Counted from the whole stretch's first letter, positions 34,103-48,918 are shown. The stretch: DNA of 64,000 nucleotides, filler included, from Jimgerdemannia flammicorona (GCA_003990765.1; 3 parts of 3 records of this genome joined end to end with filler, not necessarily neighbours in it), one strand, 5' to 3'. The notes: generated by a model not told the origin, from the letters alone. Program-made: numbers and translations.

Positions 34103-37100
34103 TTTTTTTTTTTTTTTTTTATTTTTTTTGACTTTACCTTTTTTTATTTTTATAGTCTCTTTGACTTTACCATTTATTATCAGTCTATCAAATATATACA
34201 GTACCCCATTTCACTACCTAATCCCCCTAGGGGGACTCCCCTCAACACTCTTATGCTTGAACACTATCTTACCATTAATTATTATAACTCTTCCCCCCCT
34301 CTGCCACCAATTTTCTCTACTAAATAATATTATTAACCTCTCTACAGACTCCATCCCAGCAACTAAATCAAGATATCTACCATCAACCCTTCCCACCTTA
34401 TCAGCTACTCTCCCAAACTCAATCACCATCCTTTCTCAAAAACAAACAACTAGTGTCTAGCCAACCCTACTTATACAACTAAAACCCAATCAATAGTGAG
34501 TCACTCATACTAACCCCTCCCACCAATCTATCTCTCAAATTCTCCCATCAACCCCTCTCATCATCCCACCTCCTCATAATACATAGTACCTCATACTCTC
34601 TCAGCCAATGTTCTGGCATCTGCATAAACCCCTCTCTCTGTCCTACATTATAACACTCCTCACAATCAAAGTGTCCACCCTCTATAAGATAGTCTGATCA
34701 AAAGTTGAGCATGACATTCTTCCTCAGCAAGTGCCACTAAACTATCCAGAACTTAGGTGTCAGCTATCAACATATCTCAGCACTCTAAGCCTAAACAGCT
34801 ATCTATAAGCCACTAGGCCATACATTCTATCCTAACCCTCTCTGGCACTCTATATCATTACCAATATTAAAGTCAATTAGTAGAGTACCCTCCAACAACA
34901 TTCTATCTCATCTTTACATTACCAGGCCCCATAGTATCTCCCTCAGCCCTCTGCTAGCAAAGATCAATATAGTGTGCTCCATTAACTACTTCTTACTAGA
35001 AGCTCTTATACTATATATACCTACTGTTCTGAAGCCCAACCAAAGACAGCAAATTCCTATAGAGCCTCTTGGTGAAAACCTCACCTCTTAGATCTTTTTC
35101 ATTAGAGGAACCCAGCTACCACCCCTCAGTTCCATAGCTCTCTTTAGCCACCAAACCCTCAGACATTGCAGCCTCTTTGGAAAGTCAATGAGTCTAAGGC
35201 CTCTTCTAGCTACTGGTAATGACATAATTTCTCAGCTAATCTGACTCTATCTTCTAGCCCAGATTCAATCTTTGGCTAGCTTTAATAGCCTCTTCACCAC
35301 TTAGGCTGGAAAGTCTAGATGATATGCTAAATACTATAGCTTTGACAGTCAATAGACATTCAAGATTGAGACACAACCTACCAAAGAGATGTGGCAGTCT
35401 CTCCAACTCTGCAGGGCCTCTACCTATGTAGCCACCCACTGCTCTCACCAAGTTCTTAGTAGGATGAATCCATAGATCACAAGATAGATATCCAGGTACC
35501 ACACAGTATCTCCAGCAGGGGCAATTGTTCCAATGATATCACCTCTCACCAGACTATTGCCCAACACTATTATTTCATACTTATGTCAATTGAGTTTAGC
35601 CCCAGAGTGTATCTCATATCACTCTACTATTTCCTGAAGTTCTTTGATATCTATAATTGATTTCAGGCCAACTACTATATTATCTGCAAAAGCTCCAAAC
35701 TTACAGACAATTCTAAATATTAAGAGCCCCACTACCTTTTGCTGAATCCTGTCCATCAACAGCTCCAAGAATAGAGTATACAAAATAGAAGACAGCAGAT
35801 CTCTCTAGAGAACATCTCTACCCAGAGAGATTACTACTCCCTAATAACTATTATATATGAGCACTGCTCTACTCCCTTCTAGTAGGCTAATCATCACCAC
35901 TCAAAACTACTGAGGGACTCTAATCCTATCCAGCACCTTCACCAACCAGATCTACCTAACATGGTCATAGACCTTCTCTTGATCCAGAAAGACCAATCTC
36001 TCATCCAGCCCACAGGCTTGAGCCCTCTCAATGACACTATGAACCCAAGCTATATCATCTCTGATGAGCTGATCTCTAATAAAACCTCATTGCTCCTCAC
36101 CTAAGACTTGCTGGACAACCTTCTGTAGTCTTGCAACAATTACCATATAACTAATGTTCTGTCCATGTTCAGGAGCATGATAGGTTGTCAGCTCTTCTAG
36201 TCTTCTCTCCTGCTTTTATCCTTATACAACAGCATCACCAGCCCCAGATCCTGCTCTTCCACCCACTTCTCCGACTGTAATGATAAGTTTCAAAGCACCA
36301 TTATCTCTCCCAGTATCTCAGGAATTTCCACCATCTTCTTCCAGAAGACCCAGGGCACACTATCCTCCTCTGGTGCAGTGCCCAGTATAGTCATGACAAG
36401 AATCTGATAAATCTCCTCCTCCTGGACTGGTATGTATCACTAAACTGCTAAGCCCATCTACTTGTAGTGGGTGCCAATTCTCCAAAACATATTCAATAGT
36501 AGCAGCATTGGCCCCACCCTTCTTCTCACTCTACAGACTACTCCACCTCTCCTTCAGTGAGCCCAAAATATCTTATGCACCATGTACCAGCAGACCATCA
36601 GAATTTAGTACTCCCTCCTATCTCTGCCTCACTCTCCTTGCCTAAAGGATCCTTGAGAGATACTTAGAGGGCCTCTCTCCCTCCCCCAGCCCCTGCCAGC
36701 GTAGCTGCATAGCCATTCCTCACACTAGTATCTCCTCCTTCTCTCTTAACACCTGATGTAACTCAGTGATCTCCAGCTTTACTTATATTAATCTCCAGTC
36801 CTCAACCCCCTCTAAGGCCAAAACACCTGCCCAATTCTTCTGAAGCCAGGCCAATCTAGCAGAGGACCAGGTTACTCTCTCTCTTCTATGTCTTCCTACT
36901 ATCCAGCCTATCTCATCTCAGTAAACCCTAGCAGCCTCCTTTAACCTCACATATTGAATATCAACTAGAACACCCTCTTGGACCCAATCCTCCACTTTCT
37001 GCCCAATATCCTCAGCCTAATTGTCCTACAGCCCCTTCTCAGCCAACAAAGAGGAATTGAGGCACCAATGTCCAGACCTATCACCACTTTCCCCAAACTG

Positions 37101-39874
37101 CTCATGCCCTAATATGCCTCAATAGTCTGATCATGGATACCACTCAATCTCCAGGAACTTCTGGATATCCAGTCCCCAGTAATTAGCTGTCAGCACCCAG
37201 TTAATTCTAGTCTCCAGGCCTCACATCTAATGGATATAGATCCTCCTATCTCCCTGTATTACCCATCCAGTATCCACCAAGGAACTAAGATACTTCACCT
37301 CCTCCCAACTCTCTAGGCTACCACTCCTGCCCCCTATATTCCTCCCCCCATCTGTCCTATCCAACTGTACCAGATAAACCATATTGAAGTCCCCTTCAAG
37401 CATCTTCACTCCTGCCTCTACAAGTACTCTACTATCCAAAAGACTATCAATCCACTCCACATACTTACTCCTGACTATGGGGCAGTAGTAAGATCCAACT
37501 GTAATTAACTCTCATTCAGGCTGATACCACACTTCCCAAACCATACAATCCCCCCAGTTTCTGTTATTATATATTTTTCTATACCAGTAGTCCAATCTTG
37601 CCATTCTAGACCACAGCTCTACCCCATTTCCTTGTCCACTTCTGTTGATCAAGATCTTTCTCACATTACACATCCTGCAGAAGAAAGAGACCAGCCTCTA
37701 ATCCTTTTAACTAAGTAAAAATATTAAATCATCTCCCAGAACCTCTCAGACTATTCACATTTAATGAAAAAATGTTAGTTATACTGTTTATAGGAAATAA
37801 TATTGAAATAGACATCTTCTCTTTACAACTCCATGTTCAATTTCTCCCTAGCTAAGTCTAATCTATGCTCAGCAGCAGCCTCTGCCTCCTCAACTTGCTC
37901 AGCCTCCATTTAACCAAAAGCTCATCTATTGCTGTATTATTCTTCAACTCTATCTCCTCTCAGTACTCCAAGCAACCCCCTTGCCAAATTTCCAATCCAT
38001 GCCTCTATTCTCACTAGAAGATAGCATACTCCCTAGCTACCATCATCATCTCTGCCTCTTACACAACAATTATCTCATAACTCTCCTCATTCAAATGTAC
38101 TATCAGCACCTCCTTCACCAGGGCCTCCACAATACCATCTCCTTGCAGAATTCTTATCAGTGCTTCTCACTGACAACTCATAAGTCTATATCTTCCAACT
38201 TCTCAGCTGCTAAGTTTTTCATCACCCAGTATATTCACTGTAAGTCTCCAATCTTCTTACCCCTAGGTGTTGCTGATTGGCCAGACCCAAGCATCACAGT
38301 GTCTGTCCCAGCACTTGCAGACTCATCCCACTCCTCCTTAGAGATATTCACCAACTCCTCCTCTCTGACCTCAACTATCTGCCCCACACTCACTATCTCA
38401 GATATATACTCCAAATCAAACATAGTGAGTCCCTAATATCAATACATCCTCACCAGCCATTTGCTGGACATCCTATGTCTTCCTTTCTATATCCTCACCC
38501 TCCTCCCATACCTCAAGCATATATCATCATAAAGAGCCTGATCTTGTATCTCTTGGCTCCAACCCCCAGCCTTAACACTTCACCCCTCCTTCTCACTAGC
38601 CTAGACACTCTCCTGAGCACCCCCAGCAGCCTTATCCAAACTGGGCAATGTCTTCTCCTTCTCCTTCAAACTAGCCAGCAACTCTCTCTGCCTCTTATAC
38701 CCCTGAGCCCTCTCTCACTATCTCTTATCCACTCTAATATTCTTTCCATCTACTACCTCTAAGTGAGTTGAGTCTATATAGGCCTTTCACACCTTGGCCC
38801 ACTACTTCACTGCCCCACTGAGCTCCTCCAATATCTCTATCAAATTCTTCTCCTTCTCTATACTTCTCTTTACTCTCATCATCTTACAGATAAATCCCCC
38901 CTATATCAGTACCAAGAGCCAGTCTCTCAACTTCCTCATAGTCTCCTTTCCAGCTAGCCAGAGCCTGATATCTATATCTTCTGTCCTGAAAGAAGTCCCC
39001 TTCTAGATCAGGAAATCAATATTAACTATCTTACTATACTCAGCTATAGTCTCCTTCACTCTCCTCCTTGTCTCAACTATTGTCACTATAGGCACTCCTT
39101 TTACTATAGCTGGACCACTCTGAGGTCTCACCTTACAGTCAACTCTATCTTCAATGCCTCCTCTAGGGGAGCAGCCTCCTTAAAGCCCACCTCCACTCCC
39201 TCAAGCCCTTTCAAGAACTTCACCAAGACAGCTTCAGCCATCTGCTTCAAGATCAGCCCCAGAACCATTTTCCCCATTACTTCTAAGCCTCAGAAGCACA
39301 ATATGCCCACAAACTCTGAGATTGATTTCTTAAGTAATGGGGTCACTGCCAAGTCCATTATACTATCAGCCAGGTCTCCCTGCCCCTGTTGGTCCCCCTG
39401 TATAGTACTACTATCAATCATCACATCTCTTTTTTTTTCCTAATTCTCCATCACATCTCTATCTGCAGTCACTCTATAGCCCCTAGCTATAGCCCCTCCT
39501 GCCTTTATACTTACTCTCTTAGGCAAAGGGCCTTCTGCCCTCTCTAGGTTAGTCTTGCCTTTCCCTTCATCTATGTTAGCCTGAGTATCTACCCACCATC
39601 CACTCTCCTTTACCTTGTCAGTAAAACTCAGGGGCTCAGATTCTCCCCCATTACTACTAGATACTGATTGCTCTCCAGAGTACTCTCCATTCTTTGCACC
39701 TCCAAAAGAGCCTATTCCCAGGCCATAAGTCCTCTCTATATATTGTCAGCCAAATACCCCAGATCTACCTAACCCTACATATCCATCAGAACTCTAGCTC
39801 AAAGATATGTTAATAATACCTTTTCTTTGAATTATTTCAAAAAGTATTGCCAGAAGTTTGTATAATATGAATTG
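34103..39874 (-). mobile_element. Family A copy A2, near full length, decayed, with TSD
   Basis: T-rich tail from 34103; colinear with A4; flanking direct repeat tctacttgaag (34092-34102) / tctacttaaag (39875-39885). Confidence 0.9.
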
Positions 39875-39924
39875 TCTACTTAAAGTCTTTCAGAATGAGT
39901 ATAATAGAGAAGTTGATATCTGCA

Positions 39925-42680
39925 CCTCTTTCACCAGTAACATTTGGGTGACACAAGACTCAGACAATACTTTTTACTATGTTTTTGGTGTCTAGCGACT
40001 ATCAACATGGATGGCAATAATTGAACTGGTGAGTGCACTGGCCAGGGGGGTGACGGGGCCTTTAGCTGGCAGCAGGTCAGGAGGAGGGGAGATGGTTTGG
40101 AGATGCCGGGGGCCTCGATGGCTAGCCGAGATCCTGGTGGTAGAGGGAGGGGTGGGCTTTGGCAGAGAGGAGGGGAGAGGTTGACCTTTGCTGACAAGGT
40201 CAGAATGGGAAAGATGGCCTCAGGCCTTGATGGTTGGCTGGGCCTGGGGACGGCATCGATAGCTACTGCTGGAGGACAGGGAGGTGTACCCAGGGGAATC
40301 TCAGGCGGCAGGGGAGGAGTTGGAGTAGGGGCTGGAGATGTGACTGTTGATGGGGCTGTGACTGGGGATCTGGCAAAAAATCCAGATGTGATGGCAGTTG
40401 GCAATTCAGGACTGGGAGTGGGCATGAGGCCCGAGGACCTAGCAGATGGGGTGATGGGTATGGTGTCAGCCCCATTACTCAAGAAGTCAAGGTTGGAATT
40501 TGTGGTCACGATGTGCTTCCGGAGCTTGGCAGTGATGGCAAGGATGATTTTGGGGCTGGTGGCACAGGAGGCTAAGGGAGCAGCATCAGTGAAGTTTTTG
40601 AGGGGAAAGGAAGGGGTTGAGGTGGGGTTTGAGGAGGAAGATACCTTGTTGGCAGTCATGGAGAAGAGGGTGATAGTTGGTGGGGTTGTGGTCCCTATGG
40701 TCCAGTGTATGTGCTGGGACCCCCGAGTGGTGCAGTTGATGGTGTTGGATCTCCCTACTGTGTCAAAGGAGAGGACCAGGGAGTTGGTTGTGGAGGTAAT
40801 CAAGAGTATGGCGAGATTGTAGATGTTGGGTTCAAGGTCTGGGAGGGCATAGAGCTTAGGACTGGTGATGTCAATGTCAGGGTAAGGCTGGCTGGGAAGG
40901 AGAATACAGGGAAGTCAAGGGACTGGCCAGCAATGCTGAGGTGGGGACCAGTGGAGTGTAAGGTCACTAGGGTGAAGGAGACCCAGGAGGAGGAGGAGGA
41001 CCTGTTGGAGGCTCTGGAGGATCTGGAAGGGGTGGTTGCAAGCAAAAGATTGGCCTGGAAGGAGTTTGAGGCCAGGATGGTAGTGGGGGAGGTGGATGGG
41101 AAGAGGGTCCAGATGGAGAAGGGGGCCTGGAAGAAGATACAGGGGAGGAGGATCCATAAGGAGCTGTTGGCGAAGTTGGGTGGGGGTAGGGCCAGTGGAA
41201 GCTCAGGAGAGGGAGTTGCTGGGTTGCAGGAGAGCACCTGGGCTGAGGGGGGAGAGATGGCCCAGGGTGGGGCTCAGATTGGAGTGGGGGAGGAGAGGGA
41301 GGGCAATTTGGAGATAGATGCCGAAATAGGTGAGGGTGTGCACCCTCAGTATAGTATTCCAGATGGAGCAGAGGGGGAGGAGGAGTTACTGGATGTGCCA
41401 GATGAGGAGTGGGATGAGTCAGTGAGGAGGAGTGTACTGGTGGACCCCGAGGTGGATGGGGGACAAATCGCTCAGGGTGCAGCAGAGGTGGTGGATGAGG
41501 AGAAGTGGATATGGAAGACCCTGGAAGGGGTAGGGGCTGAAGAGCTGGGGGGTGAGGACTTCAGGGTGATGGAGGAGAGGCATTGGGAGGAGATCCTATA
41601 GGGGGAGGAGGTGCCGAGGAAGATGAGGAATGAGATTCTGGCTGTCCTCCTGGAGTCAGTTGAATATCAAGTTGATGATCAGTGGGAGGAGGAACTTAGG
41701 AAGATTGCAAGTGATAGAGTGCTTTTCTTGTGGAACTCGAGGAAGGGTCTGGATAAGTGGCATGCAGTCTGCTTAGACTACCAGGTGGATATGGAGAAAG
41801 TGGACAGGGTGGAATGTCAGGAAATCTTGGGGGCTCTGAATGATCAGGCTAATGTGGAGGGTGACTTGGAAGCTGAATGGTGCTTGGATCTGGCGGGGGA
41901 TGAGATGAGCATGGAATTCTAGGTTGGGGTCTCTGTTGCAACATTTCTTCAATATGAACAGTATAACTAAGATATTCTCATTGAATGTTAATGGGTTATG
42001 GGGGATAGCTAGGAGGAAGTATATATTTGGGTGGCTTAAGAGACTGAATGCAGATCTCTTCTTGTTGCAGGATATTCGTTATGAGGCAGATGTGGACTTA
42101 TAGGATTGGACTAAGGAATAGGGGGGTGCAGCAGTTTGGAGGGGGAAAGTGTGTATTCTCATTTGGAAAGAGATGGGAGACATTGGGGACATTGGACATT
42201 GGGGGTCTCGGGTGGTGTAGGGAGTGTGGAAAAGGCCTGAATGGGCCTCACTGATGGTTGGGTCTTATTACTGCCCAGCTGAGAGTGGAGAGAGGGTGGA
42301 ATGGATTCGTAGATTGAATGAGGCTGGTGTATTGGGAGAAGTTGGACTAGACTGTATGGGGGGTGACTTCAACATAGTATGAGATAAGGAGCTGGACAGA
42401 ACTGATGGAGGAAGAGGAGTGTGGGGTGAAAGTGGTGGGTTGGGTGACTGGTTGGAGATGGAGAGGTTGTGTTCTCTAGTGGACTCGGGAAGACACTTTT
42501 GGGCTGATTGGTGGGTATACACCCACTGGGCGGCAGGACTGGGCTCCAGAATTGACTGGGTTTTAACAGCAGAGTGTTGTTGGGGGATGAGTGGGGGGAA
42601 CCACAGGGGGCTGGTGCAGTGTATCTCCCAGAAAAGTGGTGGGAGGATTCGGGTAGTGGGTAATTGGGTGGTGCTTGGGC
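39925..42680 (+). mobile_element. Family A divergent copy A3 (ORF1 ~40007-41922; APE from 41954), cut by contig end
   Basis: ORF1 fragments 40097..40822, 40705..41601 and 41611..41922 are homologous to A1/A4; MNSITKIFSLNVNGL at 41954; GGDFN. Confidence 0.9.
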
Positions 42681-42780
42681 NNNNNNNNNNNNNNNNNNNN
42701 NNNNNNNNNNNNNNNNNNNNNNNNTTAATTAATTAANNNNNNNNNNNNNNNNNNNNNNNNNNNNNNNNNNNNNNNNNNNN
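42681..42780. other. Artificial contig-joining spacer
   Basis: N44-TTAATTAATTAA-N44. Confidence 0.97.
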
Positions 42781-43132
42781 AAAAAAGAGCCAACTGTTTG
42801 GTCCGTCCTATGTTGCCGCCACCTCTAGCTCTACCAATTGACAGCTCCACTAACCCTGAAGTATCTTCAATCTCCTCCTGAAGTCTACCAAACCCAGACC
42901 CCCATCTGTTATTTACAGCACCACAGTCTCCCAACTAATCTGTGGCCACCTTCCTTACCACAACCACTACCTTCTTTAACCTCTACATCACCCATCCAGG
43001 AAAATCTAAGTGATACTCCAAATACTACAACTTATGTAATTAGTACACATTCAATACAACCACTCTTTCAACTAAGGAGAAGCTTCTCACTGACCAATCT
43101 ATCAAAGCTCCCTCCCACTTCTGTATTATACC
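42781..43132 (-). mobile_element. 3' continuation of older L1-like copy A5, split by A4
   Basis: Reads GIIQKWEGALIDWSVRSFSLVERVVVLNVY...YHLDFPGWV, continuing from YLGIWFSVY.. at ~49070-49020. Confidence 0.8.
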
Positions 43133-43218
43133 TTTTTTTTTTTTTTTTTTATAGTCACTCAGACTTCTCTCTTTATTAAAATACTGTCTATCATCTAAAT
43201 AATTTTTGATGCCCAACC

Positions 43219-46200
43219 CTATCCAATCCCCCTAGGGGGGCCCCCTCCTCCCACTCCCACTCAATGAAAGACCACTTTGTCTAACACCATCTCCACCCAT
43301 CCATCACTCTGTCTACAGATTCCCTCTACCAGGCAATAATATATACCACCCTGGGGACCCCAACCAACCCACCACCCAGTCAGCAGATCTCCCATCAACC
43401 CCTCCCACCTTAACAACTTCTCCTATAAATCTATCTGCTACCTCTCCTTGAAGACAAAGTGCCAATGCCCAGCCAGCCCTACCCATACTACTAAGATCCA
43501 CCCTACAGTGAGCCAACCATTGTCCACCCCACCCACAAGCTGAGATTCCAAATCCTCCCAGCAACCACTCTCTCCATCCAGCCTCTTCTCCACTTCCAGC
43601 CACTTCTCTACTGCTATCCAAAAGTCCCCCAGAACCTCACACTCTCCCAGCCAATGTTCAGGTATTTGCACAAATCCCCCAACTTGCCCTACATTATAAT
43701 ACTCCTAACAATCTAAATGGCCATCCTCCACAAAATGCCTGGCATGGAAATTCAACATGACATTCCTCCTTAGCATCCACTACCATACTACCCAGAACTT
43801 AGGAGGAAGCCACTGCTGCACCTCAGCACTCCATGACCAGACTCCTGCTCAGTCCCACTCCTCGCCAATCCCCACAGCCTGCCAACTACTTGGCCAAAGG
43901 TCCTGACCAAGGCCCTGCTGACACTCCACTCCATCACCAATATTAAACTCAGCAAGCAGAACACCTCCCAAAAGGAGTCTGTCCCATCACCATATAGCTG
44001 GACCCCCCTGCACCTCTCCCTCATTACCTCACCAGTACAGTCCTATCTAGTATGTACCATCCACCACCCCCCACTGGAAGCCCTTATGCCATAGCTGTTG
44101 GCTCTCAGTCAGGCCCACCAGAGAGAGCAAATCTCCCAAGGACCCCCAAGGGGAGAACCTCATCTCTCATACCTTCTGCAGCAGTGGCACCCACTCTCCT
44201 CCCTGCAGTTCAACAGCCCTTTTCAACCACCAAGCTCGCAGACAGAACAGCCACTTAGGGAAATCCACAAGGCCTAGTCCTCTCCTAACCACTAGCATTA
44301 CAAGAGTATCCCAACTGATCTGGGACCTCCTCCCTACCAAATCCAATCTCAAGCCAATTTTGTCAGTCTCTTCACCACCCAAGCCAGGAAGTCTAAATGA
44401 TAGGCCACATACCATAGCTTGGGGAACCAATAAATGTTCAGAATCAATACCCACCCTGTCAGGGAGATGTGGCAAACCCCCCAACCCCTAAGAGCCTCCC
44501 CCCAAATGGCCACTCTCCTCTTCCACCACACTCATGGCAATACAGATCCATATATAGAAAGGAATATGCCCAAATACTGCACCATCTCTCCTATGGGGAC
44601 AATTGTTCCAATGATGTTCTCTCCCACCAGCCTATTTCCTAACACCATTGTCTCACACTTATGCCAGTTGAGTTTTACCCCAGAGTGTGCCTCATACCAT
44701 TCCACTATCTTCTTGAGTGCCTCAATGCCCTCTACTGATCCAAGTTCAATCACCATATTATCTGCAAAAGCCCCCACCTCCCACACCACACCATACACAG
44801 AGAGCCCTGCCACCCTTCGACGTATTCTATCCATCAAAGGTTCCAAAGAAAGGGCATAAAGGATAGGAGACAGTGGGTCTCCCTGAGGAACTCCTCTTCC
44901 CAAGGGAAATGCCAGACTCTGGTGGCCATTACACAACAGCACTGCCCTACTGCCCTCCAACAAATTCAGCATAGAAGCCTGAAACCTTGGGTGAATACCA
45001 ATTCTATCCAACACCTTGCCTAGCCATACCCACCGAACATGGTCATGGACCTTCTTCTGGTCCAAAAAGACCAGTCTACCATCTAGTCTACAAGCCTGGG
45101 CCCACTCAATAATGCCATACACCCAGGCAGTCCCATCCCTAATAAGCCTGTCTCCTACAAAGCCATACTGCTCCTCACCCAGAACCTGTTGGGCAACTCT
45201 CTGTAGCCTCACAACAATCACCTTAGTCACCATCTTCCTGTGTATGATTGGCCTCCTGTTCTTCCAGTCCTCTCTTCTCCCCTTATCCTTGTACAATAAG
45301 GCCACCAGTCCCAAGTCCTGCTTGCCAACCCACTCGCCATTCAGAAGAACATGGTCACAGAGGGCAGCCATCTCTCTTAACACTCCAGGAATCTTCGCCA
45401 ACTTCTTCCAGAAGTCCCAAGGTAACCCATCCTCTCCTGGTGCTGTCCCCAGTTTAGTTGCTGCAAGGACTCTCTGGATCTCCACCTCTTGGACTGGTAA
45501 GATCAAATCACCCAGTCCGTCTACTTGTGGTGGCTCCCACTCCTCCAGTGTATCTTCAATTGCCTCCACATACACACCCCCTTCCTCCTCACTCTACAGA
45601 CCCCTCCAATTTTCTTTCAGTACTCCCAAGATCTGCTGTGTGCTATGCACCATATCTCCCTCAGCATCCAAGACCCCATCCCATTAGTAGTGCACCCTCC
45701 TAGCTTGGAGGAGCCTTGACAGGTATCTAGTGGGTCACTCCCCTTCCTCTAGCCCCTGCCACTACAGCCTGGCTGCCATACCTTTCATATAAATCTCCTT
45801 CTCTTCTTGCAATATTTGTTGCAGCTCCACCACCTCCAACTTTGCCCACTCCAACTTCCAATCCTCCACCCCTTCCGAATGAAGCAACTCGGCCCACTCT
45901 ATCTGCAATCTAATCAGCCTATTAGAAGCATACTATACATGCTTCCTTCACAGCCTCCCAGCCTCCCTACCAGCTCCTCCCCAATAAACCCTCACAGCCT
46001 CCTTCAACCTCATCTACCAGGCCTCCACAGTTGATCCCTCCTGTATCCAGGTAGTGATCTTTACTTGGACATCCTCCACCAATGGGTCCCACAACCCCTT
46101 CTTAGCCAGCAGGGAGGAGTTAAGGCACTAATGTCCAGGTCCATCTCCACTCCCCCCAAACTCTCCCTGCCCCAATAGCCCCCAGTGATCAGACCAAGAA

Positions 46201-46865
46201 TACTACTCCATCTTCAGAGTCCTCCAAACATCAGCACCCCAATATTTGGCTGTCAGAACCCAGTCAATCCTTGTACCCAGTCTATTTACCCAATATGTAT
46301 AGACCCTCCTGTCACCCCACTGTATTCTGCCCATATCTCCTAAGGAGCTAAGGTTCTCTATCTCCTCCCACTTATCTAGCCCACTACTCCTCCCACCTGT
46401 ACTCCTTCCTCCATCAGTTCTATCTAGCTGTGGATCCCTCACTATATTAAAGTCACCTTTCAGAACATCGACACCTTCCTCCAAGAAGACACCCTCCTCC
46501 AGCAGATTCCTAATCTACTCAATCCACTCACCCCTAACTGCTGGGCAGTTGTAGGAGCCAACCTTAACTAATTCCCACTCAGGTCAGTGCCATTCTCTCC
46601 AGACCAAATGGTCCCCCCAGTTCTGAATTCCACCCAAGTCCCCTCTCCCCTTCCTCATCAGAATCGCCACTTTGCCATTCCAAGCAGTAGCTCCTCCCCA
46701 TTCTCTAGTCCACTCCACTTGATCTTCCTCATCTTCACACCATACATCCTGTAATAAAAAGATATCAGCCTCCAATCTCTTAAGCTAAGTAACAATGTTC
46801 CTATATTGCCCTGATCTCTATAGCCCATTCACATTCAGAGAAAAAATACTAGTTGTACTGTTCAT
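43219..46865 (-). pseudogene. A4 ORF2: APE endonuclease - RT - Cys/His C-terminus, L1/Tx1-like (disrupted)
   Basis: TAPGEDGLPWDFW, LLYKDKG, QYGFV, LVFLDQKK, RGVPQGDPLSPILY, AFADNMV, SGVKLNWHKCE, YLGI. Confidence 0.92.
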
Positions 46866-46896
46866 AAGGAATAATGTTGTTTATCAATCACACCCT

Positions 46897-48918
46897 CTAC
46901 AGATCTGCATTTAGCTCCTTCTGTGCCAAGTCCAAGTTATGTTCTGCAGCCAGTGCCTTCTCCTCAGTTACCTGTACCTCCAACCCTGCCAGAAGTTTCA
47001 CCATTGCCCCATCCTCCTTTTCTTTGAAGTCCTCCCAGTATTCCAAGTATGCCTCCTGCCAGAGTTGCAACCCATGATGCTCTGCCCAACAATAGGCAGC
47101 CCACTTACCAGCAATGATCGCTAACTCAGCCTCCCTCATCTTATCTACTACATATCCCTCCTCCTTCTTGAAAATCATAAGTATCTCCACCTCCAGCATC
47201 TCCACCACCCCATCCCCATGCAGAATCTATACCCAATGCTCCTCCAGTATCACATGCAGGTCAACTTCTCCCAACTCCTCAGCTGTGAGGTTATCCATCA
47301 CCTTGCTCATCCACAGCAAGTTCCCCACCTCTCTCCTTCCAGGAGTTCCTGGCCACCCTGCATCCAGTATCATGGTATCTGCTCCCACACTGGCAGTCTC
47401 ATCCCACTCCTCCTCTGAGACATCCACTAGCTCATCCTCACCAACTGCCACCACCTGGCCACCATTCGCCACATCTGGGACCCCAAAGCAAACTCACTGG
47501 GCCCCCTGCATCAGCACATCCTCCACTGCTCCTCTCTTTTCAACTGAGCCCCTCCTGATAAGTGAAGGGGGGGTGCCATCCAACTCCTGCTTCCAAACTT
47601 CAAAGGTACCATCAGCATATGGATCCTTGCCCAGCATCTTTCCAGCCCCTTCCTCATTTGCCTCCACCTCCTCTCCTCCTTTGCTAGCCCAGCCACTGGC
47701 TTTGATACCTCCAGACTCCTCAGCTCCAACCAACTTCTTCTTCACCCCTCCTGTCATATTTGCCAACAGCTCCCTCTGTCTCTTACATCTCTGGGCCTGC
47801 TCACACTGCTTTCTGTCAGTATGGATATGCTAATCTCCAGATGCATCAACTCCTCATACAGCTTCTAGGCTTTTGCCCTCCTCTCTACAGCACCACTCAA
47901 CTCCTCCAATGCCTCCAACAAGTTCTCCTCCTCCTCTTCACTCCCTTTCACCCTCAACACCCTACAGATAAAGGCCCCCAACATCAGCACTAAGGGCCAG
48001 TCACTCGGCTTCCCTGTGGCCTCCTTCCCTGCCAGCTGAATCCTGACATTGACATCACCTGTCCTGAATGTTGTCCCCTCCCACATCTGAAAGCCAATGT
48101 CCACCACATCACCATACTCTACTATCACCTCCTCCATCCTCCTTCTAGTCTCCTCCTTAGTCACCATGAGCACCTCCCTCACCAGAAGCTGCACCACTCT
48201 GAGGTCCCACCTCAAGTACTGCACCATGGGGACCACCACCTTCCCAACTACAACTTTAATCTTCAGGGCTCATCCAGTGGGCCTGCCTCCTCAAAGCCCA
48301 CCTCAACCCCCTCCAGACCCTTCAAGAACTTCACCAAGGCTACCCCAGCCACCTACTTCGAAATAAGCCCCAGGACCATTCTTGCCATCACTGCCAAGCC
48401 CTGGAAGCACAAGGTAGCCATGAACTCTGAGATTGACTTCTTGAGCAACAGGGCCACCACCAGTCCCATTACACCATCTGCCAGGTCCCCCTTCTGCATT
48501 GGGAACCCCTGCCCCCCCTGGCCATCAGCCATCACATTTCTTTTTTTTTCCTAATTCGCTGTTATGCCACCATCAGCAGTCCTGCCACTACCCCCAGCAG
48601 CTACTCTACTTCCTCCACCTCCCACCGGCAAAGGCCCAGCTCCCCCAGCATCTCCAACCTTCTGCTTCCCCTTCCCTCCTACCTGTCCACTGTGGGCTCT
48701 CATCAGCCAGCCCCCAGTCCTCAGCATGTCTGCAAAGCTCCTTCCCTGCTGCCCTCCAGTCACCCCACACCACCACCTCTACTGCCTAAGCTGTCCTGCC
48801 CACCTGAGCCACCGAAACACCCCATTCCCAGCCCATACCCTCTCCCGACATACTGCCAGTTGAAGGCCCCAGGTCTGCCCGACCTAGTATGTGCATTGGC
48901 TTGCTTACTGGTTGACAT
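46897..48918 (-). pseudogene. A4 ORF1 (disrupted)
   Basis: MSTSKQANAHTRSGRPGAFNWQ... fragments homologous to A1 ORF1. Confidence 0.8.

Noticed and set aside
39875..39960. Head-to-head A2/A3 arrangement as a bidirectional unit
   Set aside because: A2 has its own TSD and the copies belong to different subfamilies; independent insertions explain it.
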